A stretch of DNA of 64,000 nucleotides from Octopus vulgaris (taxonomy: Eukaryota). The notes under the pieces are model-generated. The model saw only the letters and a program-made list of their open reading frames with translations. It made no database searches and was not told where the DNA came from. The stretch covers positions 138,632,001 to 138,696,000 of the forward strand of contig OX597818.1 of NCBI GenBank assembly GCA_951406725.2. Reading direction: 5' to 3'. The position numbers and the translations under genes were made by a program. Numbering within the stretch: the first letter of the stretch is position 1; the number at the start of each line of letters is the position of its first letter. Below, in pieces: positions 26,225 to 38,364 of this stretch.

Positions 26225-26645
26225 GACTTGGACACTGTCTGGGGCCCTTAGGAACCACTTGAACTCCCTTGGTACCAGGATACTTCACAGGATAATGGTA
26301 CTATTGGTCAGATTTTGTATCCAATTGACAATTATACTCAGAAACTGGAATGTTTTGTTACTTGTATGATTCTGGGAGCATCAGATCAAACTGTTTGGTC
26401 ATGTTGCTCTATTTTCTGAGTTGGATCCTGCATACCGTGTTCTCTTCTCTGAGGATCCAGCTAGGGTAACGGCTTGTGTTGGTTGGTCATATGCCACATG
26501 GTCACAATGGATGAGGAAGTATCTTACAAAGATGGGGACTGACCGGGACACTGCTCAGAAGGTTGCCTGGGACAACCCAAGCATATCCTGACAAGTGGTG
26601 GATGTAGCAACACACTGCAATGGTGCATGACACTATTTCTGACTG
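26225..26645 (+). mobile_element. Old RTE-clade LINE 3' relic
   Basis: Reads EHQIKLFGHVALFSELDPAYRVL...W...VAWDNP...VVDVATHC with stops. Confidence 0.65.
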
Positions 26646-27756
26646 AATCCAAGTTCAGATCTTGCTCTGGTCAACTTTGCTTAGCATCCTTTTATGGCTG
26701 ATAAAATAAGAACCACTCAAGACAAACTAGTGAAACAGTAAGTTGAGCATAAAGAGTTCAAGTGAGCTGAAAATATCATGAAAAACTTTCCTAACAGTTT
26801 TAAACAAAAATTAGTAAGATTTATACAATAGAACAAGATCTTGTATATGTGTCAAGGAGAGGGTGTATTTTTCATCTACTTAACAGAATTGAATGAGAAT
26901 TGGCATTATGGGTCCTTGGCATAAATTTGGTTACTAGAATTAATAAACTAATATTGATCTACGGTTGGACTGGAAATATAATGAATACTGTGAGGGGCTA
27001 CAAAATGTTAGTCTCTACTTTGTGTCTCAGTGCATTAACCTACAAGGAAAGAGGAATTTCTTTCAAGTCATAATACCATCTAAGAAAAAGGGAATAACAC
27101 AAAGGGTGTCCTAGATTAGTGTTTCTTAGCCCTTTTTTGTTCCATACCCTACTTAGATATCAAAAAAAAATTTGCATCCCCACCATGAACAAAGTATAAG
27201 CATATATTCTTTTGTACTTTAGGCACAAGGCCTGACATTTTTGGGGAAGGGGCCAGTCGATTAGATTGACCCTAGTATGCAACAGGTACTTAATCTATCG
27301 ACCCCGAAAAGATGAAAGTGGAATTTGAACTCAAAACGTAAAGACAGATGAAATAGTGCTAAGCATTTCGCCTGGTGTACTAACATTTCTGCCAGCTCAC
27401 TGTCTTGTGTGTAGCATATATTTATTCAAAAAAATGTTTTAATTAAAACTTTTAGTCAATTTTATCCACTTGTTATTAGCAACCATATGCCACCAAAATA
27501 TTTCCAATCCTCCTACCTTGAAAAACTGTCCTAGATACACTATGCCTGTAAAAAAAAAAAGAAAAAAAACCCCAAAAAGACAGGATAGCCATAGCTGGTA
27601 TGTCTGATCAAACCTAACCTGGGGCTAAACAACAACAATTTGGGGTTAGTAGCCCGCGCTCTTAACCACTATGGGCATATGGTGGTTAAGAGTGCGGGGC
27701 ACCAACCCCAAGATTCTGAATTCGATTTCAGGCAGTGACCTGAATAATAATAATAA

Positions 27757-27986
27757 TATTTCTTTACTACCCACAAGGGGCTAAACATAGAGGGGACAAA
27801 CAAGGACAGACAAACGGATTAAGTCGATTATATCGACCCCAGTGTGTAACAGGTACTTATTTAATTGACCACGAAAGGATGAAGGTCAAAGTCGACCTTG
27901 GCAGAATTTGAACTCAGAACGTAACGGCAGACGAAATACGGCTACGCATTTCACCCGGCGTACTAATGATTCTGCCAGCTTGCCGC
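27757..27986 (-). mobile_element. SINE family B inserted in the (AAT)n linker
   Basis: Full reverse-complement family B copy. Confidence 0.9.
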
Positions 27987-28040
27987 AACAACATCGAAAA
28001 ATACCTTAGGAATGAGAACCTGGGTTCGAAATTTCCTCAA

Positions 28041-28086
28041 GACACCTGATGAAGGCTGGAGGGTATATCAGCTGAAATGTTGTGTT
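28041..28086 (+). ncRNA. Minimal type I hammerhead ribozyme motif (Penelope-type, CpG-decayed)
   Basis: Stem I GACAC/GTGTT; core CTGATGA at 28046-28052; stem II GGCTGG/TCAGCT; GAAA at 28074-28077; vestigial stem III A-tg-T; cleavage triplet GTT at 28079-28081. Confidence 0.7.
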
Positions 28087-28417
28087 AATAACAAACAAGC
28101 GGAGGACAAATATCCGTCTGATGTAAATCTATGGAGACATGCATAGCTGCTACATATAGCTGAGCAGAAAAAAATTGTGAACAGGACTCTTTAGAACTCT
28201 TCAGAACCTTCATTGATAGCCATTTTTCCCCCTTTTTTTTCTCTCTTTCTTTACCTCCCCTCTCTTTAATATTCCCTTTCAGTATTAATTGTTTTTCCCT
28301 TCCCCTTGTCATCTGGCAGCAAAAGTTTGAATCTAGTAATTAATCTCTCTGATCTGAGATTGACGCCTTTTTTCTATCCCACTGCCTGACATACTTCCTT
28401 TAACATATAGGCACATA

Positions 28418-28450
<33 letters not shown>

Positions 28451-28550
28451 CACTGACATTGCAATAGTGTGGAATGCAATTAGTGGCATACATATCTTTT
28501 ATTTATTTACCCAAATTTACCCAAGAATCCCTGACTTCAAACAGGAGTGG

Positions 28551-28620
<70 letters not shown>

Positions 28621-28638
28621 ATATATATACACATACAC

Positions 28639-28675
<37 letters not shown>

Positions 28676-29159
28676 TAATGTCCCTAAAAGATAATGGGTT
28701 ATTTATTTATTTTTTGTAGTAGTCAAGAGGTGAATGCAAATTTTATGGTCAGTGGCTATAAATGTTTATTTGGATGGATTTGAACTCTGTTGCAAAAGGG
28801 GGTTAAAAGGAAATGACAATAAGTAGACATGTCAGCGTTTTGTGACCCCTATTTTGACAGATGGTTGGGTGGGTGAGACAAGTACCCATCCGACTGAAAC
28901 TGTAATTAGATTGAGTCAAGGTAGTAGTTAATCATGGCATTGGTGGTGATTGTAGCAGCGGGTAATGACCCCTTAGGGGGTGACCACTTCTACAGTTAAA
29001 CACTGGATGTGGATGTGGCAAAGAGTTAATTTAGTAATAACAACAATAATAATAATAATAATAATTGCCATATCAGTTGTTGATGTTTAGCCTTCAGGTC
29101 AACCTTGATCCAGTAATACATAAGCAATGTCAATTCTAGTGGCATCACTGCTGTTTGTA

Positions 29160-29190
29160 TTAGTAGTAGTAGCAGTAGTAATAGCAGTAT

Positions 29191-29223
<33 letters not shown>

Positions 29224-29280
29224 CAGCAGCAGCAACAGCTGAAGTTGAAGATGTAGTTGTAGTAAAATGAGTTGAAGTGT

Positions 29281-29338
<58 letters not shown>

Positions 29339-29350
29339 GCTATTACTACT
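29160..29350. repeat. Opposed (TAG)n and (CTA)n tracts
   Basis: Direct reading. The two tracts are mutually complementary. Confidence 0.9.
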
Positions 29351-30235
29351 GATGAAGTGTGTAGTAAGGGTTAATTTATGGTGTTGCTTACACAACTGTT
29401 TGCAGATGTAACGGTATTAATTCCAGTGGTTATAGTAGTTAGCTGTAGTAGTACTTACATTTGTTGTTGCTTGACTTTGAAGTAGTAGTTATATAAATGA
29501 TATATCTTCTGTAGTTGTCATTGTAGTATGTATGCAGTTAATTGTGCTGAAGTTGCTGATGTTGGGTAGTTTTGGCAGTTGTGATGTTGCTTGCTGCACA
29601 GCAGCTCAACCCATCAACCATTCTCTAAGCTTCATTAAAAATTCATTATCCGGAGAGATATCACTTCATTAATAATAATAATAATAATGTTAGTAATGAT
29701 GCTGATAGGAAGTGTAAGCAGAAAGAGTATGTAGAACCGGCTGCTCAAGACTGGGCTCTACTTGACCTGATCATGGAGATAGAGACAAAACAGGGAAGAA
29801 GGAGCAGGCATCATCTGTTCTCGCATGCTTTGTTTCCTTTCACTTTACATAAGCTTAAATCTCTTATGATAAGAGGCAGATTTTCTCTGCCTCCCAAACC
29901 GTTTGTTTTTTTATACAATTGTACAATATAGAATTTCTTCAATTGGAATTTACCTACGATTTTTACAAGTAGATTCCATTGGGTCATGGCATGTAAAGTT
30001 TTTTCTATTTGACCCCCAATTAAGCAAAAATTCGAGAAAAGTAAATACTTTACGATTTCCCTCTCTAATTTCAACTGCTTCACTCATGCTATTACCATAA
30101 TATAGAATATATTGCTTTCCATATTGATAATGGTTATTGTTGCTCAGCCCCCCAGCTCAGCTCTGATCTGATCAAGGAGCCCTAAGATGAAAAAGTATTC
30201 CAGCCTTGACCATCCCCTTTTTGTTTTTCAGATAC

Positions 30236-30606
30236 TCTCTTTTTACTCTTTTACTTGTTTCAGTCATTTGACTGCGGCCATGCTGGAGCACCGCCTTTAA
30301 TCGAGCAACTCGACCCCGGCCGGGACTTATTCTTTTGTAAGCCCAGTACTTATTCTAAGTAACGGGGACATAAACACACCGACATCGGTAGTCAAGCAAT
30401 GCTAGGGGGACAAACACACACACGCATATATATACATATATACGACGGGCTTCTTTCAGTTTCCGTCTACCAAATCCACTCACAAAGCTTTGGTCAACTC
30501 GAGGCTATAGTAGAAGAATCTTGCCCAACGTGCCACGCAGTGGGACTGAACCTGGAACTATGTGGTTGGTAAACAAGCTACTTACCACACAGCCACTCCT
30601 GCGCCT
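30236..30606 (-). mobile_element. SINE family A with a short internal deletion
   Basis: Matches 59313-59750 but lacks the segment between TATTCT and AAGT. Confidence 0.9.
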
Positions 30607-31355
30607 ATACAGTATGTTTAAAATTTTATTACTATGTGTGTGTGTGTGTGTGTGTTCCTTGATAGAAGTGTTTGATTTGAATGAGATTTCATTGCTATTT
30701 CTAGCAGATCGACTAAATGTTGTAGAGTCGCTTTGTTAGCTTGATGATTGTGGTGGAGTGCGTGTTTGCAGTGATCTGAGAGAGTTTCTATATGATTGCT
30801 CCTTTAATGGTTGTTGTTATTTTCCTAATAGGACACCTGATGTGTGTGTGTGTGTGTGTTTGTGTGTGTAAGTATATGTTTGAATGCACGTATGTGTTTG
30901 TGAGTGTAATTAGTTAGTTAACACAGCTGACATGTCTTTCAGTTTTCACGCAGCAGGAGTGAATTAATTCTACATGGAACCTGATACTCTCTGGCTCCAG
31001 AGATTCTTGGCTCCAAAGGGAATATATTATAGATAACTTCTGAAATAAGAAGCTGGGCAAGCATTAATAAAGAAAAAAATCAGCCGGTTGTTGATGATGA
31101 TGAATAAATGGGAGTGTTGGATAGAGTGCTTGGAACTCCAATGGAAATGATATATATATATATATATATATATATTTGAGTAGTTGAATGAATTATCCTA
31201 GTATGGATAATTCGGTTAACTGATACCCGGGTAGCAAATTCATGTCAGAAAAACACGGTTGAAGCTACATGCCAAGGGCAGAGATCACGTGCTTTCGTGT
31301 GGAAATTTGTTTTTTTTTTTTTAATGCAAATAAATGAAAGAATGGAGTTGAATGA

Positions 31356-31419
<64 letters not shown>

Positions 31420-31723
31420 TTTTTAACCATATCAAGTTAGCATCAATGGTGTTGTGTTGATATAGACTTATGAATGCCAGTATTAATACTCAGCAAGATA
31501 GGTTTGGAGTTTCTGGTTCTTCGCTTCAAACCACACCGTTTATCTATCTGTTCATGATGAAATAAGTACCAATGCTTTAGGAATCAAACGATTATTTGAA
31601 ATTGTGAGCTGGATACAGATTTGGCTCTCAAAATTCTTTCAGATTTTTTGTTTTTGTTTTAGTTGTTGTCAAAATGAAAGTTAAGCAACACTAAATTCTA
31701 AAATGTCTACAGAGACTTTTCCT

Positions 31724-31929
31724 TACACAGTGACTAAATATGTGCTGCTATTAGTTTCATGCTGTGGAAACACAATGAATCGGAAATTTATAATATGCCT
31801 TGTGCCTCCAAGCAATCCTTTAGGCTGAAATGCCTTTTGCCTTGGAGGCACAAATCATGATTTATAAATCTACTGATTTATTGTGTTCCCGCAGCATGAA
31901 ACTAATAGCTTGTATTTAGTTACTGTGTA
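31724..31929. mobile_element. Foldback/palindromic MITE with TA ends
   Basis: TACACAGTGACTAAATA ... TATTTAGTTACTGTGTA. The ~90-bp arms include GCTATTAGTTTCATGCTG/CAGCATGAAACTAATAGC and TTGTGCCTCCAAG/CTTGGAGGCACAA. Confidence 0.8.
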
Positions 31930-31966
31930 TATTAAATGATATTTTTCTCTAAATGGATGGAGTACA

Positions 31967-32191
31967 TTAACCCTTTCGTTACTAACCTGGCTGAAACAGG
32001 CTCTGGCTCTGGCTCTGAGTACAAATGCCTTGTTTTATAAGTTTTGAATTAGGATCTTCCACCAAACCTTAGTCACATTTTATGTTCTTAACACTACTAG
32101 CTGAATGATAACTAAGTTATCTTTCTAAATTCTTTTGTTATTGAAAGAAACACAGAGCATCTCAAAATAAATACAGAAATGAAAGTGTTAA
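31967..32191. mobile_element. piggyBac-type MITE P1
   Basis: TTAACCCTTTCGTTAC ... GAAAGTGTTAA. Confidence 0.85.
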
Positions 32192-32602
32192 AATCTCTAT
32201 ATGTATACAAATAGATAGACATTGCAGTGACTGTATATTGAATAAAGTTTGCGTATTATGATGTATCATCATAATAGTATACTATATGTAGGATATGCTG
32301 TAATGATATTTGTATGTGTATAGAATGTATGTTATATTGACTATAGGTAAAAATATACTATTTTTGGTAAATGAACTTTAATCAGAATCTGGCCTGGCAA
32401 TGGTACATATGTTGTAATAAGTTTATATATGTATGTTATGTTGATTCATTTAATAAATGCCAGTTTTATCTCACTTCTTTCACAATGCTATCAATTTTGA
32501 CAGGGCAGGCGTACTAATCGGTATTATAATAATTTCCTATATTGGCACAAAACCACAGATTTGCAGAAGAAGAGTCACATAAATGGATTTACAAATCAGT
32601 AC

Positions 32603-32812
32603 CTATTTCTTTACTACCCACAAGGGGCTAAACACAGCGGACAGACAAACGGATTAAGTTGATTACATCGACACCAGTGCGTCACTGGTACTTATTTAAT
32701 CGACCCCGAAAGGATGAAAGGTAAGGTCGACCTCGGCGGAATTTGAACTCAGAACGTAACGACAGACGAAATACAGCTACGTATTTCACCCGGCGTGCTA
32801 ACGTTTCTGTCA
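32603..32812 (-). mobile_element. SINE family B
   Basis: Family B reverse complement, flanked by TCAGTACC repeats. Confidence 0.88.
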
Positions 32813-32907
32813 GTACCACTATAATTTCTATTGTGAAGATAACCTTAACAAGTGATGTAAAGCACACTGCTAACACTGTAGGATATGGTATTGACTTATA
32901 AAAATGT

Positions 32908-33137
32908 TTAACCCTTTTGTTACCATATTTATTTTGAGATGCTCTGTGTTTCTTTCAATTAATTATAAATATAACAGAGAATTTAGTAAAATAACTTAGT
33001 TATCATTAAGCTAGTATTAGGAACATAAATTGTGACTAAGGTTTGGTGGAAGATTTTAATTCAAAATTTATGAAAAAAAGACATTTGTACTACAGAATCA
33101 GAGCCGGTTTCAGCCGGGTTGGTAATGTAAGGGTTAA
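32908..33137. mobile_element. piggyBac-type MITE P1, opposite orientation
   Basis: TTAACCCTTTTGTTAC ... GTAATGTAAGGGTTAA. Confidence 0.88.
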
Positions 33138-33899
33138 TATACTTTATAGTATGTTATGGTTGCATAATGCAACACTGTGTCCCTATAAGTCATTAATAAG
33201 TTAACTGTGGTTGGATTTGAACATAAAACAGTGATGAAATAAAAAGTGGAAGTCAGCACTGCCTTTTTTTTTTAATGTAACAATGAGACAATGAGTGATG
33301 GCTAGAAGGATATTGAGCTTAACTTGATAACCAACTGATCTAGCAAGCGGGGCCTTATATCAGTGAGGGGGGGTGCGGTGCGCGTTGATGCCGTCAAGAG
33401 GTAGGTCCCGAAACGGCATGCATTCTCTCCTGATGACCCCATACACTTGCTGGCTTCCAGTATACGGAGCTTTTGACGGGTAGCACTTGCATGTGCAAGT
33501 TGTTTGCAAGACATTTAATGACGTAGGCACAAGTCCAGAAATTTGGAGGGAGGGTAGTAAATTAAATCAATCTCATGTCTTGACTAGTACTTAATTTTAT
33601 CAAACCCAGAAGGATGAAAGGTAAAATTGACCTCAGTAGGATTTGAAAACAGAAAATAAAGGGCCAGAACAAATACTGCAAGGCATTTGGCTCAACACAC
33701 CACCAATTCTGTCTATCCACCACTTTAAAACTGTTTAGGCACAAGACCAGCAATTTGGAGGGAAAAGGTTGGGTTAGTTGGTTAAATTTAACTCCAGTAC
33801 TTGACTGATATTTTATTTTATCTAAAAGGGAAGGGTGGAAGGTGAAGTTGACCTTGGGAAGATTTGAACTCAGAATATAATGATCCAGAAGAAATACCT

Positions 33900-34123
33900 A
33901 TTTCTTTATTACCCACAAGGGGCTAAACACAGAGGGGACAAACAAGGACAGACATAGGTATTAAGTCGATTACATCGACCCAGTGCGTAACTGGTACTTA
34001 ATTTATCGACCCCGAAAGGATGAAAGGCAAAGTTGACCTCGGCGGGAATTTGAACTCACAACGTAACACAGACGAAATACCGCTAAGCATTTCGCCCGGC
34101 GTGCTAACGTTTCTGCCAGCTCG
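33900..34123 (-). mobile_element. Young SINE family B inside older family B-related relics (33525-33899)
   Basis: Perfect 15-bp TSD CCAGAAGAAATACCT at 33885-33899 and 34124-34138. Confidence 0.92.
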
Positions 34124-35173
34124 CCAGAAGAAATACCTTTAATGTAACTATAATGATGATGATGTATTTATTGGTTCAAACAGTTTCAAATATTACAAAC
34201 TGTAAATTTAATCTTGATGGAGGCACCCTAATAGCTGAGAGAGTCTTCTTTAGAATGTATAGTTGTGCTTAGATAGCAAATTTGACAAGTTCATTTCCAT
34301 GGGTCATTTAAGATTGAAATTGTTGTAGCTAAATAATCAGTGAACATAAAATATATCTGGCACCATCTCTCTTGTCTATTTAGTATATAAATAAATAAAT
34401 GATTGAATAACAAAAAAAAAAAACAAGAAAAGATTTCTAATAATATTTTGTGGGATTTTGTTGGTGCCATTAGGGTTTATTATCATTTTTAGCAGTCTAT
34501 ATTTTTTTGTTATATTTTTTTCGTTTTTCCAGTCTGGTATCAGTTTTGTATTCAATGATTTCTGCTTTACCTCCTCAGCTAACCCTCCCACATGAAAGTT
34601 CATCATTCTCGCAATGTTGTTTTAATTTTCAGCCACAATTGAATATAAATCAGATAAAGCTACTATAAAAGACAGATTAGAACCAATTATACATTGAGAA
34701 ATAATTGGATTAATTTACATTTCATTTGTTTTATTTTTTATTTATAGTTTTGCAAACAATCATAAAGAGGTGTATGTATGTGCGTGTATATATATGAATG
34801 AGTATTTTATGTCATTCAGTAAGCGTCCGTATATATTGATTACTAAAAGGATATATATGTTTATAAATAGAAGAAATAAAATATGTATTTATGTATCCAT
34901 TCATAAACATAGTTTTTTATATGCATGCTTGGTGTTTGCCACACACACACACACACATACACAGGTGCAGACATGGTCATGTTGTTAAGATGTTTGCTTT
35001 GGAATCATGTGTTTTGGGATTCCCTCCCACTGTGCTGCATCTAAGGAAAGGGTCTTTTATTATAACCCTGAGAGAATTTGGTTGGCAAGAAATAAAAGTA
35101 TCTGTGTGCGCATATGTGTATGTAATGTGTGTATGTATGAATGAGTGAATGAATGAATAATTTTTCTTTGAGT

Positions 35174-35400
35174 TTAACCCTTTAGCATTCAGATTATTCT
35201 GTCAAGTGTAACACTTTTTAATTCAAATTGTTTTTAATTAATCCTGCATTATTTTGCAGCTTTGAAATTTTGATGATGTGACTGTATATTTTATAATGGC
35301 ATTGAAGGGTAGGTGTGATAGGCTTGATCTGGATGGTTAGAACATAAAACAGGAAGCACATTTCAGCCGGATATGGCTGGTTTAAATGCTAAAGGGTTAA
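35174..35400. mobile_element. piggyBac-type MITE P2
   Basis: TTAACCCTTTAGCATT ... AATGCTAAAGGGTTAA are perfect TIRs with TTAA. Confidence 0.9.
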
Positions 35401-37647
35401 GTTCTTGAGAGAGTGCATGCTGGTCACTAACGTATCGACCAGATTTTTTGAGTTAAGAGATTTCCCAGTGTTTGTAAATATTTGGTTGAGTTGGTGTGTT
35501 GATTGAAATATCGTATCACTGAATAGACGCAAGTGTGTGCATCTATTCAGACCCCAGTTGAACCGTCCAACCCATACTAGGATGGAAAGCGGACGCTAAA
35601 TGATGATGATGATGATGATGATGATATATATATATATTCACATACAGATTATAGGGACACTTGTATCCATTTGCCTGTTTTCATTGACTGCTTTATAGGT
35701 TTGTAATATAACTGGTCATCTCTCTAAGATGATTATTTCAAATTCTTATTTTTATTATATACTCATTTCCACATTTTCTCAAGCTGTCATATGATGGAAA
35801 CTGATCTTTAAATTCATTCTCAAACTTTGTGATGGATGGGATGCTTAACTTTTTGTTTGGTGGGCTGAAAGCAGATACATGAAAGTTTTGTACGGTATAA
35901 TTCAACAAATGATTTTCAGTTCAATTCCTATCAAGGTTGAATTACTCTTTCGACCGCATGAGTATTACTCTAAATCTCTATCGCAGTCGGATGGAAATTA
36001 ATAATGATATTCAGCATTAATATATTCAACATGTGTGTGTATGCACACATCGATATATGCTTATAACAAGAATGGTATCATGGTCTTAGACTGAGTCCTA
36101 TACTGTATAACAATTGTATGTATGCCTTGACAGGCTTTGGCACATACACAGGTTCACTGAAAAATCTAGAGATAAACAGAGGAGCTATTAAAACAACATT
36201 TGTCACGACAAGCCATCGGCAGGTTGTCATTGTTTTGGGTCAAAGTCGTGCTTTGAAAGTCCAGTTTTCTAATCTTCTTTCTCTTTATATTCATTTCTTC
36301 CTTCTGCATTTTTACCTTCTTCGTCTTCCTTCTTCCTGGTGTATCATTTGTTTCTTTATTCTTAATCTTCCTTCTTCTCTTTTCATCTTCTCACCATCAT
36401 AACCATCATCTATGTTTTCTTGGACATATTGAGCTAAATTCTTCAATTGTACAATAGAATACAGTTTGGCAGTATAATGTTTTCAAGCCAATCCTCTTAT
36501 TTTATTGCAGTTATCGTCTTCATAGCTATCATTATCATCAATGTAGTCTCCGTTCTTCTCACCAGGTTTTTTTTTTTTTCATTTTTATTTGCTCTTTTTA
36601 TATGCTCTGATGCTGTAATCATCATCATCACAATGCTTTAATCATCATCATCATCATAATCATCATCAGTGGAAGATTTGCTCTGTAAGATAAAAATCAT
36701 TAAAGCGACATTGTTTAGCTTCCTTTTTTTTAAAATATTTTAAAATATTTTCTACATCATCATTTATATTTTTGTGGTTGCTGCTGTTGCTGCAGCAATT
36801 CTTCTTTTTCTTTGTTTTTTGTTTGTTTTTAATATCTTATTTTTTTAAAATTTTATAATTGTTTTATTCAGTCACAGCAGTAAACAGAGGTATCTTGAGG
36901 TGTACAATTAAATTGAAATCCATTTTGGCAGATTTGTTGAATTGAAGAAAACAAGCAATAAAATGAAATTTTAAAAAGAAAATGAAATAAACATTCCCAA
37001 ATTGCCAAAATAATGATTTGTCCTTCCAAAATTTGAAATTTAAATTAGAAAATAAAATGAGACAAACTCCAAGCAAACAAAGAGTGATTACTAAAAATGA
37101 AAGATCCTTGAAAAATCTTAAGTATTACATTTAAATTTGAACCCTTCAAGTTAGTTCTTCCATACATCATTTAAACGTTGAATAAAATTTTCAGAACAAG
37201 ATAACTTAAAATTTATTTGCTAATTCATTGGAATTCTTTTGTTTTAATTATAGCTTTAAATACAAAGAAAGTTGAATGTTCAAGGCCATGATTTGAAAAA
37301 CTGTCATTGAAGCTTTGCTCTTTGACTAGGTCCATTACTCAACTTCACTTAGTCAACAAAACTGTTCGATTTTTACTTTTGAACATCTTTCTTTCCGATT
37401 AGCATTATGAAGGATGGCTATTCAATGGTAAAATTATTGTGGTATCCATTCCAGGTAAATATCTTAATTAACACTCTGGGCTGAACATTTGATAGCTTTT
37501 TACTTGTTCTAGAGATTGTAGTATTGATGTTTGCTTCTTTTGATACCAACTCAACCGAAACCATCACTTATGATACAAACTAGCATTTTTAAAATGTTCA
37601 TATTTAATTAGACCGAATTTTCCATTAAGTTATGTTCATAATGTCAG

Positions 37648-37848
37648 TTAATCCTTTAGCATTTAAACCAGCTACATCCAGGCCAAATATTCTGCCTGTT
37701 TTGTGTTCAAAGCAGCCAGCTATGGCATCTCACACCTATCCTGCAATGTCGTTTTAGAAGTACATAATTGCATCATCAAAATCTCAATGCTTTGAGATAA
37801 TGCAGGATTCAAAATAATGACAGAATAATCTGATGGCTAAAGGGTTAA
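37648..37848. mobile_element. piggyBac-type MITE P2 nested in a degenerate P1-like MITE (~37535-37954)
   Basis: TTAATCCTTTAGCATT ... GCTAAAGGGTTAA. The flanks resemble P1 internal sequence and end AAAAGAGGTTAA. Confidence 0.75.
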
Positions 37849-38364
37849 ATATAAAAAGATTATTTCACTAAATCTCTTCAAATTCTTGATTTCCAAATTA
37901 TTGAAACCTGTAAGTAGTGTATTGCATTGAATTTATGGTCATAAAAGAGGTTAAGCTAGTATCATTTATATTCTGTTGAAGCTAGCCCTGTCAATTATAG
38001 CTTTTCAACAAACCTCTTTTCACTCAGTTTGAGCTGAATTCCATTGGATTAATTATAAAGATATCAAGACAGATTTATTACCCTACATAGCTTTAAATGG
38101 ATACTGATATTTTAATAGTTCTATTAGTGTGTGTGTGTGTGTGTGTGTGTATCAAGGTGAAGGGAAAGAGTGTTTTGAGGATAATGAACCATTGCTAGTG
38201 AATGAAAGGAGTCCACATGTAGTTCTGGATATTATTGTTGAAGTATTCACTGAATGCAAATAGCTTTGTAGCATGAAAAGAATGTTTTGTTCTCTAGCTT
38301 CTTAAAGTTGATGAAATTAAACTCAATTAAATATGTTAACACTAATTTAGCCATTACTTCTCAT

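Larger units (their letters stand above)
27637..28128 (+). mobile_element. tRNA-headed short element with 5' inverted duplication and minimal hammerhead motif, interrupted by a family B SINE
   Basis: Head GGCATATGGTGGTTAAGAGTGCGGGGCACCAACCCCAAGATTCTGAATTCGATTTCAGG, (AAT)n linker, body resumes at 27987, hammerhead core at 28041-28086. Confidence 0.65.

Noticed and set aside
29629-29930. Open frame ...DADRKCKQKEYVEPAAQDWALLDLIMEIETKQGRR...
   Set aside because: No recognisable homology or convincing splice boundaries, and compatible with chance.
33388-33440. Second hammerhead (GTC, GAAAC, CTGATGA)
   Set aside because: The motifs are in non-canonical order and stem II cannot form (CCCC versus TCCC). 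Kept only as a structured insert.
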